The notes beneath the pieces are model-generated. The model did not search any database and was not told the DNA's origin. It saw nothing but the letters and a program-made list of their open reading frames with translations. Source: Dehalococcoidia bacterium (GTDB lineage: Bacteria > Chloroflexota > Dehalococcoidia > Lucifugimonadales > CAJWER01). From it: DNA of 64,000 nt. A program made the translations under genes and the position numbers. Shown piece after piece: positions 20,157 to 31,167 of the stretch. The stretch lies in assembly GCA_963666125.1 (NCBI GenBank), contig OY762633.1, positions 1,139,249-1,203,248 on the forward strand. Direction: 5' to 3'. The first letter of the stretch is position 1. Every line of letters starts with the position of its first letter.

Positions 20157-21182
20157 GTGAAGATACTAGGCATAGAGACGTCCTGCGACGAGACCGCCGC
20201 CGCCGTGATAGAGGACGGCCGCCACATCCACTCGAACGTGGTGGCTTCCCAGGCGCAGCTTCACGCGGAATACGGCGGGATAGTCCCGGAGGTGGCGTCC
20301 CGGCAGCACTTGGTGACGCTCGTGCCGGTGGTGCGCCAAGCGCTCGGCGACGCGGGTACGCGGCTGGGGGAACTGGACGGCATCGCCGTCACGAACGGCC
20401 CCGGGCTCGCGGGGTCGTTGCTCGTGGGCGTGAACGCCGCGAAGGGGCTGGCCCTGGCCGAGGGGCTCCCGCTGATCGGGATCAATCACCTCGAGGGGCA
20501 CGTGTACGCGGCCTGGCTCGACGACGCCAACCCGGAGGCCGAGCCCGGGTTCCCGCTCCTCTGCCTGATCGCGTCGGGCGGACACACGGACTTGGTCCTC
20601 ATGCGCGGGCATGGCCGGTACACGCTTGTGGGGCGTACGCGGGACGACGCAGCGGGGGAGGCGTTCGACAAGGCCGCCCGAGTGCTGCGGCTGGGATTTC
20701 CCGGCGGCCCGGCCATCCAGAAGGCCGCCGAGTCCAGCCTCGGCACCGAGCCCAAGCTGCCCAGGCCGCGCGTCAGGGACTCGCTGGACTTCAGCTTCAG
20801 CGGCCTCAAGACGGCGCTGGTGAGAAGGGCCGAGGAGCGGGGCTGGTACCCGCCCGCGGAGGGCTCGGAGCTAGACGCCGGAGAGGTGGCCGAGATGGCC
20901 GCGGCGTTCCAGGATGCCGTTGTGGATTCGATCGTAATGCGCGTCGTCGAGGCCGCGCGCAAGTACCGCGTCAGGGGCGTCATCCTGGGCGGGGGCGTCG
21001 CGGCCAACACCGCCCTCAGGCGCGAGTTGATGGCGGCGTCCCCCGTGCCGGTGGTCGTCCCGGCTCCGGCGCTGTGCACCGACAACGGGGCGATGATCGG
21101 CGCGGCGGGGTGGTTTCACCTGCGTGGCGGCTCGGAGTACCAGTGGGGCATGGACGTGGAGCCCCGCCTCCGGTTGGGCTGA
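20157..21182 (+). CDS. tsaD: tRNA N6-adenosine threonylcarbamoyltransferase TsaD
   Basis: MKILGIETSCDETAAAV, GINHLEGH, and the ASKHA fold pattern throughout. Confidence 0.95.
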   Translation: MKILGIETSCDETAAAVIEDGRHIHSNVVASQAQLHAEYGGIVPEVASRQHLVTLVPVVRQALGDAGTRLGELDGIAVTNGPGLAGSLLVGVNAAKGLALAEGLPLIGINHLEGHVYAAWLDDANPEAEPGFPLLCLIASGGHTDLVLMRGHGRYTLVGRTRDDAAGEAFDKAARVLRLGFPGGPAIQKAAESSLGTEPKLPRPRVRDSLDFSFSGLKTALVRRAEERGWYPPAEGSELDAGEVAEMAAAFQDAVVDSIVMRVVEAARKYRVRGVILGGGVAANTALRRELMAASPVPVVVPAPALCTDNGAMIGAAGWFHLRGGSEYQWGMDVEPRLRLG

Positions 21183-21219
21183 GAGGCGATCTAAGACTAT
21201 CTGAACGCGGACCACTGCC

Positions 21220-21242
21220 CTTCGACAGGCTCAGGACGAACG
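21220..21242 (+). repeat. Dispersed intergenic repeat copy
   Basis: CTTCGACAGGCTCAGGACGAACG between convergent tsaD and the 21252-21818 gene. Confidence 0.7.
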
Positions 21243-21251
21243 TGCTTCCCC

Positions 21252-21818
21252 TCAGCGCGGAGCGAACTTCCTTACGTCAGGCTCCGCCGCGCCCTTGAGC
21301 TCGAAGAGGCGGTTGGCGAGGGTCTTGATCTGGGCATCGGCCTCGCCCCCGGCGTCCTTGACGGAGATGCCGATCTGCTCCTCGGCCGAGTGGAACGTGG
21401 CCCGGACACTGTCGTGCCCCCACAGCCTGTCGATGGCCAGGTATATGCCCATCCCTGCCAGCACCGCGGCCGCGACGGACGAGAACACCATGTGATCCCA
21501 CGTGGACCACACGATGGCCGCGACGAGCAGCGCCGCAGCGGCCCAGGCCAGGCCGATCAGGCTCCGGCGCCTCGTGCTCGTCACCTCCACGGATGTCACG
21601 TCGTCGATGGACACGAAGGACGCGGTCCGGCTCCGTCCGGCGGCGCCGACGTGTATCAGCCGCCTGTCGGTCAGGACCAGGGTGCCGGATCCGTCGCTGC
21701 CGATCACGCCATTCAGGTATATGGTAGAGTCGACGCTCTCCCCCTGGATCAGGGAGATACCGCCGATGGTGTGTGAGTCTTGCGCCACTGTGCCGCAACC
21801 CAGGTCCGTATGCTGCAT
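21252..21818 (-). CDS. Hypothetical membrane protein with N-terminal bacterial PH-like domain
   Basis: LVLTDRRLIHV-type PH/GRAM-like segment followed by two hydrophobic helices. Start uncertain (ATG 21818 or upstream). Confidence 0.45.
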   Translation of the reverse strand: MQHTDLGCGTVAQDSHTIGGISLIQGESVDSTIYLNGVIGSDGSGTLVLTDRRLIHVGAAGRSRTASFVSIDDVTSVEVTSTRRRSLIGLAWAAAALLVAAIVWSTWDHMVFSSVAAAVLAGMGIYLAIDRLWGHDSVRATFHSAEEQIGISVKDAGGEADAQIKTLANRLFELKGAAEPDVRKFAPR

Positions 21819-21959
21819 GGATGGTAACACGCGGCACGACACAGGCCAACGGCCCCGATGGACTGCGCCGAAGCCGGTGTGCTATTCTCTAGCCCGCCCT
21901 GCAAGCCCACTTGAGTAGAGATGGCAGGGCGTCTGAATTTCCGTTGGAGCGGCAACTTC

Positions 21960-23066
21960 ATGGAACGACCTATATTCAAGCCGATTGGGACCCCGGAGGT
22001 GGAGCTGGACACCCCGGCCTTCGTCGTCGACGTCGATAAGCTGGACCGGAACATCGAGACGGCGGCGGCATTCTTCCGAGACGGCGTCGCGGGCCTGCGG
22101 CCTCACGTCAGCGGGCACGGCAGCCCGGCCATAGCCCACAGGCAGCTTGCGACGGGCGGGACCGTCGGAGGCATCGCCACGGCGACCGTGGGCCAGGCGG
22201 AGGTGTTCGCGAGGTACGGGTTTGGGGACATATCCGTCGCCAACGTGGTCTCCACCCCGCTCAAGGCCAGGCGGCTGTGCGCTTTGGCCAGGACGGCGAA
22301 GGTTACCGTCGCAGCCGATAGCGCCGCGGCGGTCGACGTCCTGGCCGAGGCCGCATCGGCGGCGTCGGCCACACTCAACGTGGTCGTCTACGTCCGAACC
22401 GGCCAGAACGGCATGGGTGTGGAACCGGGGGACGCTGTCGATCTGGCGCGGGCGGTGGACGGGGCCGACGGGCTCGCTTTCGCCGGCCTGATGACGTACG
22501 AGGGCACGATTCTCCGCGACAGCCGGGACGAGCTCGAGTCCGAGTCGCTCAAGTGGGCCGGAGTCATGGTCGACACGAGGGAGGCCGTGGAAGCCGCGGG
22601 CATGAGCGTCGAGGTCCTCAGCATCGGCGGCACCCACAACTACGAGATAGTCGGCGCGGTCGACGGCGTGACCGAGGTGCCGGCGGGCTCGTATGCCCTG
22701 ATGGACGAGAAGTACAGGGCGCACCGTCCGCAGCTCGAGAATGCCGGTAGGGTCATGACCTGCGTGACGAGTATGCCGGAGCCCGGCAACATCATCACGG
22801 ACGGAGGGCGCAAGGCCATCGGCGGCGACGCGGGCAACCCGGGGATCGAGGGCGTCGAGGGCGCGGTGTGCCGCGGGCTCAGCGCCGAGCACGGCGGCAT
22901 ACAGGTGCCCGAGGACCTCGACCACGGGCTGAAGCTGGGCGACCGGATATGGTGCGTACCGATGGACGTCGGGGGCTCCGTCAACGTCCACGACTACCTG
23001 TTCGCCATTCGGGACGGCGCGCTCGAGGCGATCTGGGACCTGCCCGCGCGAGGCCACTACCGCTAG
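21960..23066 (+). CDS. DSD1/D-threonine aldolase-like protein (alanine racemase N-terminal fold plus D-serine dehydratase-like C-domain)
   Basis: TPAFVVDVDKLDRNI opening and the C-terminal GDRIWCVPMDVGGSVNVHD pattern. The expected PLP-lysine motif reads RPHVSGHG. Confidence 0.65.
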   Translation: MERPIFKPIGTPEVELDTPAFVVDVDKLDRNIETAAAFFRDGVAGLRPHVSGHGSPAIAHRQLATGGTVGGIATATVGQAEVFARYGFGDISVANVVSTPLKARRLCALARTAKVTVAADSAAAVDVLAEAASAASATLNVVVYVRTGQNGMGVEPGDAVDLARAVDGADGLAFAGLMTYEGTILRDSRDELESESLKWAGVMVDTREAVEAAGMSVEVLSIGGTHNYEIVGAVDGVTEVPAGSYALMDEKYRAHRPQLENAGRVMTCVTSMPEPGNIITDGGRKAIGGDAGNPGIEGVEGAVCRGLSAEHGGIQVPEDLDHGLKLGDRIWCVPMDVGGSVNVHDYLFAIRDGALEAIWDLPARGHYR

Positions 23067-23081
23067 AGGGGGAGCACGCCG

Positions 23082-23429
23082 ATGAAGTCATACGGGATGG
23101 CCCTGGACCTGAAGGACGACCCGGCCGTCATCGAGGAGTACCTGGAGTACCACCGGAACGTGTGGCCCGACGTGATCGAGGGGCTCAGGGGCCTCGGCAT
23201 CACGAAGATGAAGATCTACATCACCGGCAACCGGCTCTTCATGCACCTGGAGACGCCGGACGACTTCGAGCCCGTGCGCGACTTCGCCAAGTACATGGAG
23301 ACGGGCAGTGCCAAGAAGTGGGACGAGCTGATGCGGACGTTCCAGCAGAGGGCGCCGGCCGCCAGGCCGGGCGAGTGGTGGACCTCGATGGAGGAGGCGT
23401 TCGACATCGACTGGTTCGACGGGGAGTGA
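23082..23429 (+). CDS. L-rhamnose mutarotase family protein (RhaM/DUF718)
   Basis: 115 aa. YLEYHRNVWPDV...MKIYITGNRLFMHLE is typical of the family. Confidence 0.8.
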   Translation: MKSYGMALDLKDDPAVIEEYLEYHRNVWPDVIEGLRGLGITKMKIYITGNRLFMHLETPDDFEPVRDFAKYMETGSAKKWDELMRTFQQRAPAARPGEWWTSMEEAFDIDWFDGE

Positions 23430-23433
23430 CCGC

Positions 23434-24276
23434 ATGTCCCAGGTAACCGTAGACAGCCACCATCACCTGTGGGACCTGGAAAAGCTCCACTACGCCTGGA
23501 TGCCGCCCGGCGACAACGTCCTGAAGCATAGCTACCTGCCCGACGACATGCGCCCCCTCCTCGAGCGGAACGGCATAGAGAGGACGGTCATCGTTCAGGC
23601 CCACGAGTCCCTTGACGAGGCCAGATGGCTGCTCGATCTCACCGAGACGGAGGACTACATCGCAGGGGCCGTAGTATGGGTGGACCTTGTCGATCCCGGG
23701 GTAGGCAAGGTGCTGGACGAGCTCATGCAGCGGCCCGGACTCGTCGGCGTCCGCCATGGGGTGGAGCACGACCCCGACCAGGAGTGGCTCACCCGCCCGG
23801 CGTCGATCCGGGGACTCAGGGAGCTTTCGGAGCGCGGCATCAGGTACGACGTCCTGACCAGGCCACACCAGCTGCCCCAGGTCCCTCCCATCGCGGACAA
23901 GGTGCCGGGCCTGAAGATGGTGATCGACCACATCTCGAAGCCGCCGATAGCGAGCGGCGGGATGGAGCCCTGGGCAACCGACATCGCCAGGGTCGCCGAG
24001 ATACCCGGGGTCTACTGCAAGGTCTCCGGCATGGTGACGGAGGCCGACCACGACAACTGGAAGTACGACGACCTGAAGCCGTACGTCCGCCACGTGGTGG
24101 ACATCTTCGGCTTCGACAGGCTCATGTTCGGCAGCGACTGGCCCGTGTGCCTGCTCGCTTCGAGCTATGACGACGTGGTGAATTCCGCCCTGGAGGCCGT
24201 CGGCGACATCGGCGACGAAGAGCGGGCCAAGCTCATGGGCGGGAACGCCATCGACTTCTACGGGCTGGCCGTATAG
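23434..24276 (+). CDS. Amidohydrolase-2 family protein (L-fucono/rhamnono-lactonase-like)
   Basis: N-terminal VDSHHHLWD metal motif, FGSDWPV near the C-terminus, and the sugar-acid gene context. Confidence 0.75.
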   Translation: MSQVTVDSHHHLWDLEKLHYAWMPPGDNVLKHSYLPDDMRPLLERNGIERTVIVQAHESLDEARWLLDLTETEDYIAGAVVWVDLVDPGVGKVLDELMQRPGLVGVRHGVEHDPDQEWLTRPASIRGLRELSERGIRYDVLTRPHQLPQVPPIADKVPGLKMVIDHISKPPIASGGMEPWATDIARVAEIPGVYCKVSGMVTEADHDNWKYDDLKPYVRHVVDIFGFDRLMFGSDWPVCLLASSYDDVVNSALEAVGDIGDEERAKLMGGNAIDFYGLAV

Positions 24277-24283
24277 CTCCAGG

Positions 24284-24748
24284 ATGGGCAAGACCGTCTA
24301 CTTGGCCAACCCCTACGGCTTCTCGACCCAGCAGAAGCAGCTCCTCCTGCCGCTCATCGTGGCAGCGCTGGAGGCCCTTGGACTGGAGGTGTGGGAGCCC
24401 TTCGCCCGCAACAACCAGGTCGACTTCCTGGAGGCGGGCTGGGCCTACCGGGTCGGCCAGAGCGACTTCAGGGACGTGGAGGCGGCGGACGCCATCTTCG
24501 CCGTCGTCAACGGCGTTCCACCGGACGAGGGCGTGATGGTCGAGCTGGGCATGGCGGTCGCGCTCAGGAAGCCCACCTTCCTGTTCCGGGACGACTTCCG
24601 CCGCGTCGTCGAGAGCGAGACGTACCCCCTCAACCTGATGCTGTTCACGGGTATGCCAAGGGACGGCTGGGAGGACTACTACTACACGTCCGTGGAGGAG
24701 ATAGCCAACCCGGACAAGGCCCTGGCGCGCTGGGCTAGGAGTCCCTAA
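24284..24748 (+). CDS. Nucleoside 2-deoxyribosyltransferase family protein
   Basis: VYLANPYGFS opening and DEGVMVELGMAVALRKP (catalytic Glu region). Confidence 0.75.
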   Translation: MGKTVYLANPYGFSTQQKQLLLPLIVAALEALGLEVWEPFARNNQVDFLEAGWAYRVGQSDFRDVEAADAIFAVVNGVPPDEGVMVELGMAVALRKPTFLFRDDFRRVVESETYPLNLMLFTGMPRDGWEDYYYTSVEEIANPDKALARWARSP

Positions 24749-26652
24749 ACTCGCGCCACCGCTCCCTCGATAGCCCCGCGGGGCGGCGCCTCAGGGAAGA
24801 ATACGCTCAGGACCTGGTCCACGATGCCCTGGGCGTCCAGCTGCAGCCTGCGCCGCTGGTCGGCTGCGGTGCCGTGCTCGATGAAGGAGTCCGGCATACC
24901 GATGCGGTGGACTGCCACGTCCTCCAGACCCGCTTCCGAGAGGGCTTCCAGTACGGCCGAGCCAAACCCTCCGGCGAGCACGTTCTCTTCCACAGTGACT
25001 ATGCGGCCGCAGCTTCGCGCCGCGTCCAGCAGCAGCTCCATGTCCAGGGGCTTCACGAATATGGGGTTCACCACGCGGCACGAGACGCCGTGCTCGGCAA
25101 GTATCTCCGCCGCCTCGACCGCTGCACTGGCAGGCTTGCCCAGGGCGAAGACGGCCACGTCGCCGCCCTCCCGGACCACCCTGCCCTTGCCGAGGGGCAG
25201 ATCCCTGAGCTCGTCGTCGAGGGGAGCGCCGACGGCGGCTCCCCTGGCTATGCGTATGGCGAAGGGGCCATTGTGCCTGTAGGCGGTGTAGACGAGGTGC
25301 TGCAGCTCGTTCTCGTCCATCGGCGCGGCTACCACGGCGTTGGGGAGGCAGCGCAGGTACGAGATGTCGAACGCGCCGTGGTGCGTCTTGCCGTCCTCGC
25401 CGACGATGCCGGCGCGGTCCGCGATCAGCGTGACGGGCAGGTTCTGGAGGCAGATGTCGTGGACCACCTGGTCGAAAGCGCGCTGCATGAAGGTGGAGTA
25501 GATCGAGACGAAGGGGTTGAGCCCGTTCGAGGCCATGCCCGCCGCCATGCTGACGGCGTGCTGCTCCGCGATGCCGACGTCGAAGACCCTGTCCGGGAAA
25601 TCGCGCTGCACCTCCGCCAGGCCGGTGCCTTCCAGCATGGCCGCGCTGATGCCGACGACGGAATCGTCCTGGCCCATGAGCCTTGAGATCGTCTGGGCGA
25701 AGACCTTCGAGTAGGTGGGGGCGCCCGAGGCGTCTCCCAGCGGTGAGCTTGGCTGGTGGAACTTGACGGGGTCGTCCTCGGCGGGCTCGTACCCGTGCCC
25801 CTTATGGGTAACGACGTGGATCAGCGGCACGGAGCCAGTCGGCGTCCTGGCCTGGCGAAGCGTCTCCTCCAGCTGCTTGAAATCGTGGCCGTCCACGGGC
25901 CCCAGGTAGTGGAATCCCATCTCCGTCCAGAACGTCGTGGGGACGATGAGCCCGTCGAGGCCCGTGTTGAGCCTCTTGGCCAGCCTGTACATCAGCTCCC
26001 CGGTCGGCACCTTCCTCGAGAGGGCCTTCATCCGCTCGACCATCGCGGTGTATTCCGGGTGTGTGATGACGCGCTTGCGCCAGTTGGTGAGGAATCCGAT
26101 ATTCTCGGAGATGGACATCCCGTTGTCGTTGAGGACGACGATGAGCTTCTCCGGGTTCAGGTGGACGATGTTGTTCAGCGCCTCGAAGCTGGAGCCTGAG
26201 GTCATCGCCCCGTCACCGACGACCGCGATGGTCCAGGAGTCCATCCTGCGGTTGGAGGAAGCTTCGGCGATGCCGAGGGCGATGGAGAGTCCGGTGCCCG
26301 CGTGGCCCGCGCAGAGTGTGTCATGGGGGCTCTCCATCGGCTCCCCGAAACCGGAAAGCCCGCCCTCCAGCCGGATGTTCTGGAAGTCGTCCCGCCGCCC
26401 CGTCACCAGCTTGTGAGTGTAGGTCTGGTTGGTCGTGTCCCAGACGATGCTGTCCCTGGGACTGTCGAAGATGCGGTGCAGGGCCAGCGTGAGCTCGACG
26501 ACTCCGAGGTTCGACGCCAGGTGGCCGCCGCGCTCGGTTATCACGGATATGATCGTGTCGCGCGCCTCTTGAGCGACCTGCTCGAGCTCTTCGAGAGTGA
26601 GTGTCTTCAGGCCGCTGGGTTCGTCGATCCGGTCCAGGATACGGGGAGCCAT
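24745..26652 (-). CDS. dxs: 1-deoxy-D-xylulose-5-phosphate synthase
   Basis: GGHLASNLGVVELTLALH, GHAGTGLS, GDGAMTSG (ThDP motif), and the transketolase-like C-terminus. ATG 26652 preferred over 26709. Confidence 0.95.
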   Translation of the reverse strand: MAPRILDRIDEPSGLKTLTLEELEQVAQEARDTIISVITERGGHLASNLGVVELTLALHRIFDSPRDSIVWDTTNQTYTHKLVTGRRDDFQNIRLEGGLSGFGEPMESPHDTLCAGHAGTGLSIALGIAEASSNRRMDSWTIAVVGDGAMTSGSSFEALNNIVHLNPEKLIVVLNDNGMSISENIGFLTNWRKRVITHPEYTAMVERMKALSRKVPTGELMYRLAKRLNTGLDGLIVPTTFWTEMGFHYLGPVDGHDFKQLEETLRQARTPTGSVPLIHVVTHKGHGYEPAEDDPVKFHQPSSPLGDASGAPTYSKVFAQTISRLMGQDDSVVGISAAMLEGTGLAEVQRDFPDRVFDVGIAEQHAVSMAAGMASNGLNPFVSIYSTFMQRAFDQVVHDICLQNLPVTLIADRAGIVGEDGKTHHGAFDISYLRCLPNAVVAAPMDENELQHLVYTAYRHNGPFAIRIARGAAVGAPLDDELRDLPLGKGRVVREGGDVAVFALGKPASAAVEAAEILAEHGVSCRVVNPIFVKPLDMELLLDAARSCGRIVTVEENVLAGGFGSAVLEALSEAGLEDVAVHRIGMPDSFIEHGTAADQRRRLQLDAQGIVDQVLSVFFPEAPPRGAIEGAVARV

Positions 26653-26822
26653 GTACACCTCCCTACCATACGGGAAATAACCGTGTCGTGACGCGCGGGA
26701 ACTCTTCAAGTAGCGTAAGTTACACCCCGCAAGGCGTCAAGTGCTACGACCCGCCCGTTCCTGCCATCTGGCTTTGCATGAGCCGTATAGCGATCAGGGC
26801 CATTATAACGCGGCGTCCTCTG

Positions 26823-26831
26823 TGCTAGAAT
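26823..26831 (+). promoter_or_regulatory. Extended -10 element (TGCTAGAAT) upstream of dprA
   Basis: Ends 11 nt before ATG 26843, implying a leader of only a few nt. Confidence 0.3.
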
Positions 26832-26842
26832 CTGTGGCCGTC

Positions 26843-27961
26843 ATGAAACCCGATGAGCTGAAGTACTGGCTGGCCTTCAACAAGGTCCCTCGTATCGGCA
26901 GGGTGCGTATCCAGATGCTGGAGGCGCACTTCGGCACGCTGGCGCAGGCCTGGGGGGCAGGACTTGCCGAGCTCAGGGCCGCCGGCCTGGACAGCAGGAC
27001 CGCCACGACCGTAGCCTCCAGGAAGCTCAGCATCGATCCCGACGCCGAGCTGGAGCAGGTCGTGAATGCGGGAATACGGGCGTACACCTGGCACGACGAC
27101 GAGTTCCCCGCCCGCCTGAAGGAGATCTACGACGTGCCGCCGGTGCTGTACGTCCGAGGCGAGCTGTCTCCGGATGACGAGCGCTCAATAGCCGTGGTCG
27201 GCACACGCAAGCCGTCGGCGTATGGACGAGAGGCGGCATACAATCTCGCGCAGGATATGGCGAAGTCGGGCGTCACCATTGTCAGCGGACTCGCCCTGGG
27301 AATAGACGGGGTTGCGCACCGGGCGGCACTGGAAGCCGGGTGCCGGACCGTCGCCGTGCTCGGCAGCGGCGTCGACGTCATATACCCGCCGTCACACGCC
27401 AAGCTCGCCGAGAGGGTCGTCGAGAACGGCGCGCTCGTATCCGAGCACCCGCTGGGGACGCGGCCCAGCGCTCAGCACTTCCCGCGCAGAAACCGGATAA
27501 TGAGCGGCATGACCCTGGGCACCGTCGCAATCGAGGCCGGTGAGAAGAGCGGCGCGCTCCTGACGGCCCACCACGCGCTGGAGCAGAACCGGGAGGTGTT
27601 CGCGGTGCCCGGCAACATCTTCGCGCCCACAAGCCGCGGAACCAACCGGCTCATCAGGGACTCGGCGGCCAAGCTGGTGATAGACTACAGGGACGTGCTG
27701 GAGGAGTTGAACCTCTCGTACGTGGGCGAGCAGATCGAGATGGCCGCCCACTTCCCGGAGGACGAGAACGAGAAGGCGCTGCTGGGGTTCGTCACCTACG
27801 ACCCGGTGCACATCGACGAGGTGGTCCGCACGAGCGGCATGGACATTTCCCTCGTCAGCGGCGCGCTGGCGATGATGGAGCTGAAGGGGGTCGTCCGGCA
27901 GGTGGGCGGGATGAACTACATTAGAATCAAGGAGACGCCTGCAGAGTATCAGGCTGTTTAG
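26843..27961 (+). CDS. dprA: DNA-processing protein DprA
   Basis: GTRKPSAYG...SGLALGIDGVAHRAAL Rossmann core and the C-terminal winged-helix DML1-like region. Classic dprA-topA pairing. Confidence 0.92.
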   Translation: MKPDELKYWLAFNKVPRIGRVRIQMLEAHFGTLAQAWGAGLAELRAAGLDSRTATTVASRKLSIDPDAELEQVVNAGIRAYTWHDDEFPARLKEIYDVPPVLYVRGELSPDDERSIAVVGTRKPSAYGREAAYNLAQDMAKSGVTIVSGLALGIDGVAHRAALEAGCRTVAVLGSGVDVIYPPSHAKLAERVVENGALVSEHPLGTRPSAQHFPRRNRIMSGMTLGTVAIEAGEKSGALLTAHHALEQNREVFAVPGNIFAPTSRGTNRLIRDSAAKLVIDYRDVLEELNLSYVGEQIEMAAHFPEDENEKALLGFVTYDPVHIDEVVRTSGMDISLVSGALAMMELKGVVRQVGGMNYIRIKETPAEYQAV

Positions 27962-27967
27962 GAGACA

Positions 27968-30121
<2,154 letters not shown>

Positions 30122-30156
30122 TGGACTCTGGTGGGGATAGATTCCCGCCCAGACTG

Positions 30157-31167
30157 CTAGAGATCGAGGATGTTCAGCACGGTGTTCCGTGCCAAAGCCT
30201 CGAAGTCATCGTAGGCCGCGGCGGCCGCGGCGGCATGGCTGCCCAGTGCTCCATCGGCAGCCGTGAGCTTGAAGATGGGCTTGCGCGCTTCCTGGGCCAT
30301 CGGCACGAGGCTCCTGTAGTGCTTGACCGTAGCTAGCGAGTGTTGGTCCCGATCGGGTGAAGGTGGATAAGGCCCCACTCCGTCTTCAAGCAGATTGACG
30401 GCGTATTCCTCGGGCATGCGGTTGACCCACTTGTCGTATGCCCTTACCGGACGGCCCAGACGGACGCTATGCTGCTGAACGACGTAGCCAGCGGGCCGAA
30501 TTGCGCCATCAGGAAGGCCAGCAGGAAGGCCAGCAGGAAAAGAGATTTTCGGGCTGCGTTCGAGGCGGTCCTGCCATCCCTGCCGCCAATCCCGCAGGGT
30601 TGGACCAAGGTTGCGGAGGCCCTGGAGAGAGAACATGTCCGCCGCGAGGGGCACGACTACGTAGTCGGTAGCAACCAGTACCGCCCTGTTCAATGCTCCG
30701 AGGTTCGGTCCCACGTCCACCAAGACGAGCTGCGCCTCGCTCTCTTCCACTGCCGCCTGCATAATGCGCCACAAGGCCGATATGACAAGAAACGCCCTGG
30801 GCTGGTGATCCAAGCAAGCGGGCCACTGGCTAGAGAGTTCATCTTCGACGGCAGACAGCTTGAGGTCTCCAACGATGAGGGACAGGCGCTCTTCCGGCCT
30901 CTCGAGGTGAGGCGACTCAATATAACCCGTTCCCTCCAGGAGTGGCTGGAGAGCGCCGTAGACCGTTTTCCTTCTCCCATGCTCCACCCAGAGTGTTTCC
31001 AGGTAATCTTCGTCTAGGAACATGCCGGTCAGGTTCGCCTGGGGATCGAGGTCCGCAGCAACGACACTTATCCCAAGGTCGGCGTACATCCATGCCAGGT
31101 GATAGACGAGCGAAGTCTTGCCGACTCCACCCTTGTTGTTGAAGAAGGTGATGACGGGAACGGTCAT
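30157..31167 (-). CDS. ParA/MinD-superfamily P-loop ATPase with long C-terminal extension
   Basis: Deviant Walker A FNNKGGVGKTS and Walker B-like LVLVDVGP. 336 aa. Start overlaps the upstream stop (ATGA). Confidence 0.8.
   Translation of the reverse strand: MTVPVITFFNNKGGVGKTSLVYHLAWMYADLGISVVAADLDPQANLTGMFLDEDYLETLWVEHGRRKTVYGALQPLLEGTGYIESPHLERPEERLSLIVGDLKLSAVEDELSSQWPACLDHQPRAFLVISALWRIMQAAVEESEAQLVLVDVGPNLGALNRAVLVATDYVVVPLAADMFSLQGLRNLGPTLRDWRQGWQDRLERSPKISFPAGLPAGLPDGAIRPAGYVVQQHSVRLGRPVRAYDKWVNRMPEEYAVNLLEDGVGPYPPSPDRDQHSLATVKHYRSLVPMAQEARKPIFKLTAADGALGSHAAAAAAAYDDFEALARNTVLNILDL

Noticed and set aside
24745-24748. Convergent 4-nt overlap of the nucleoside deoxyribosyltransferase-like gene and dxs stop codons (CTAA).
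   Set aside because: It is real in the sequence, but it is a common compaction feature in small dense genomes. No regulatory implication can be supported.
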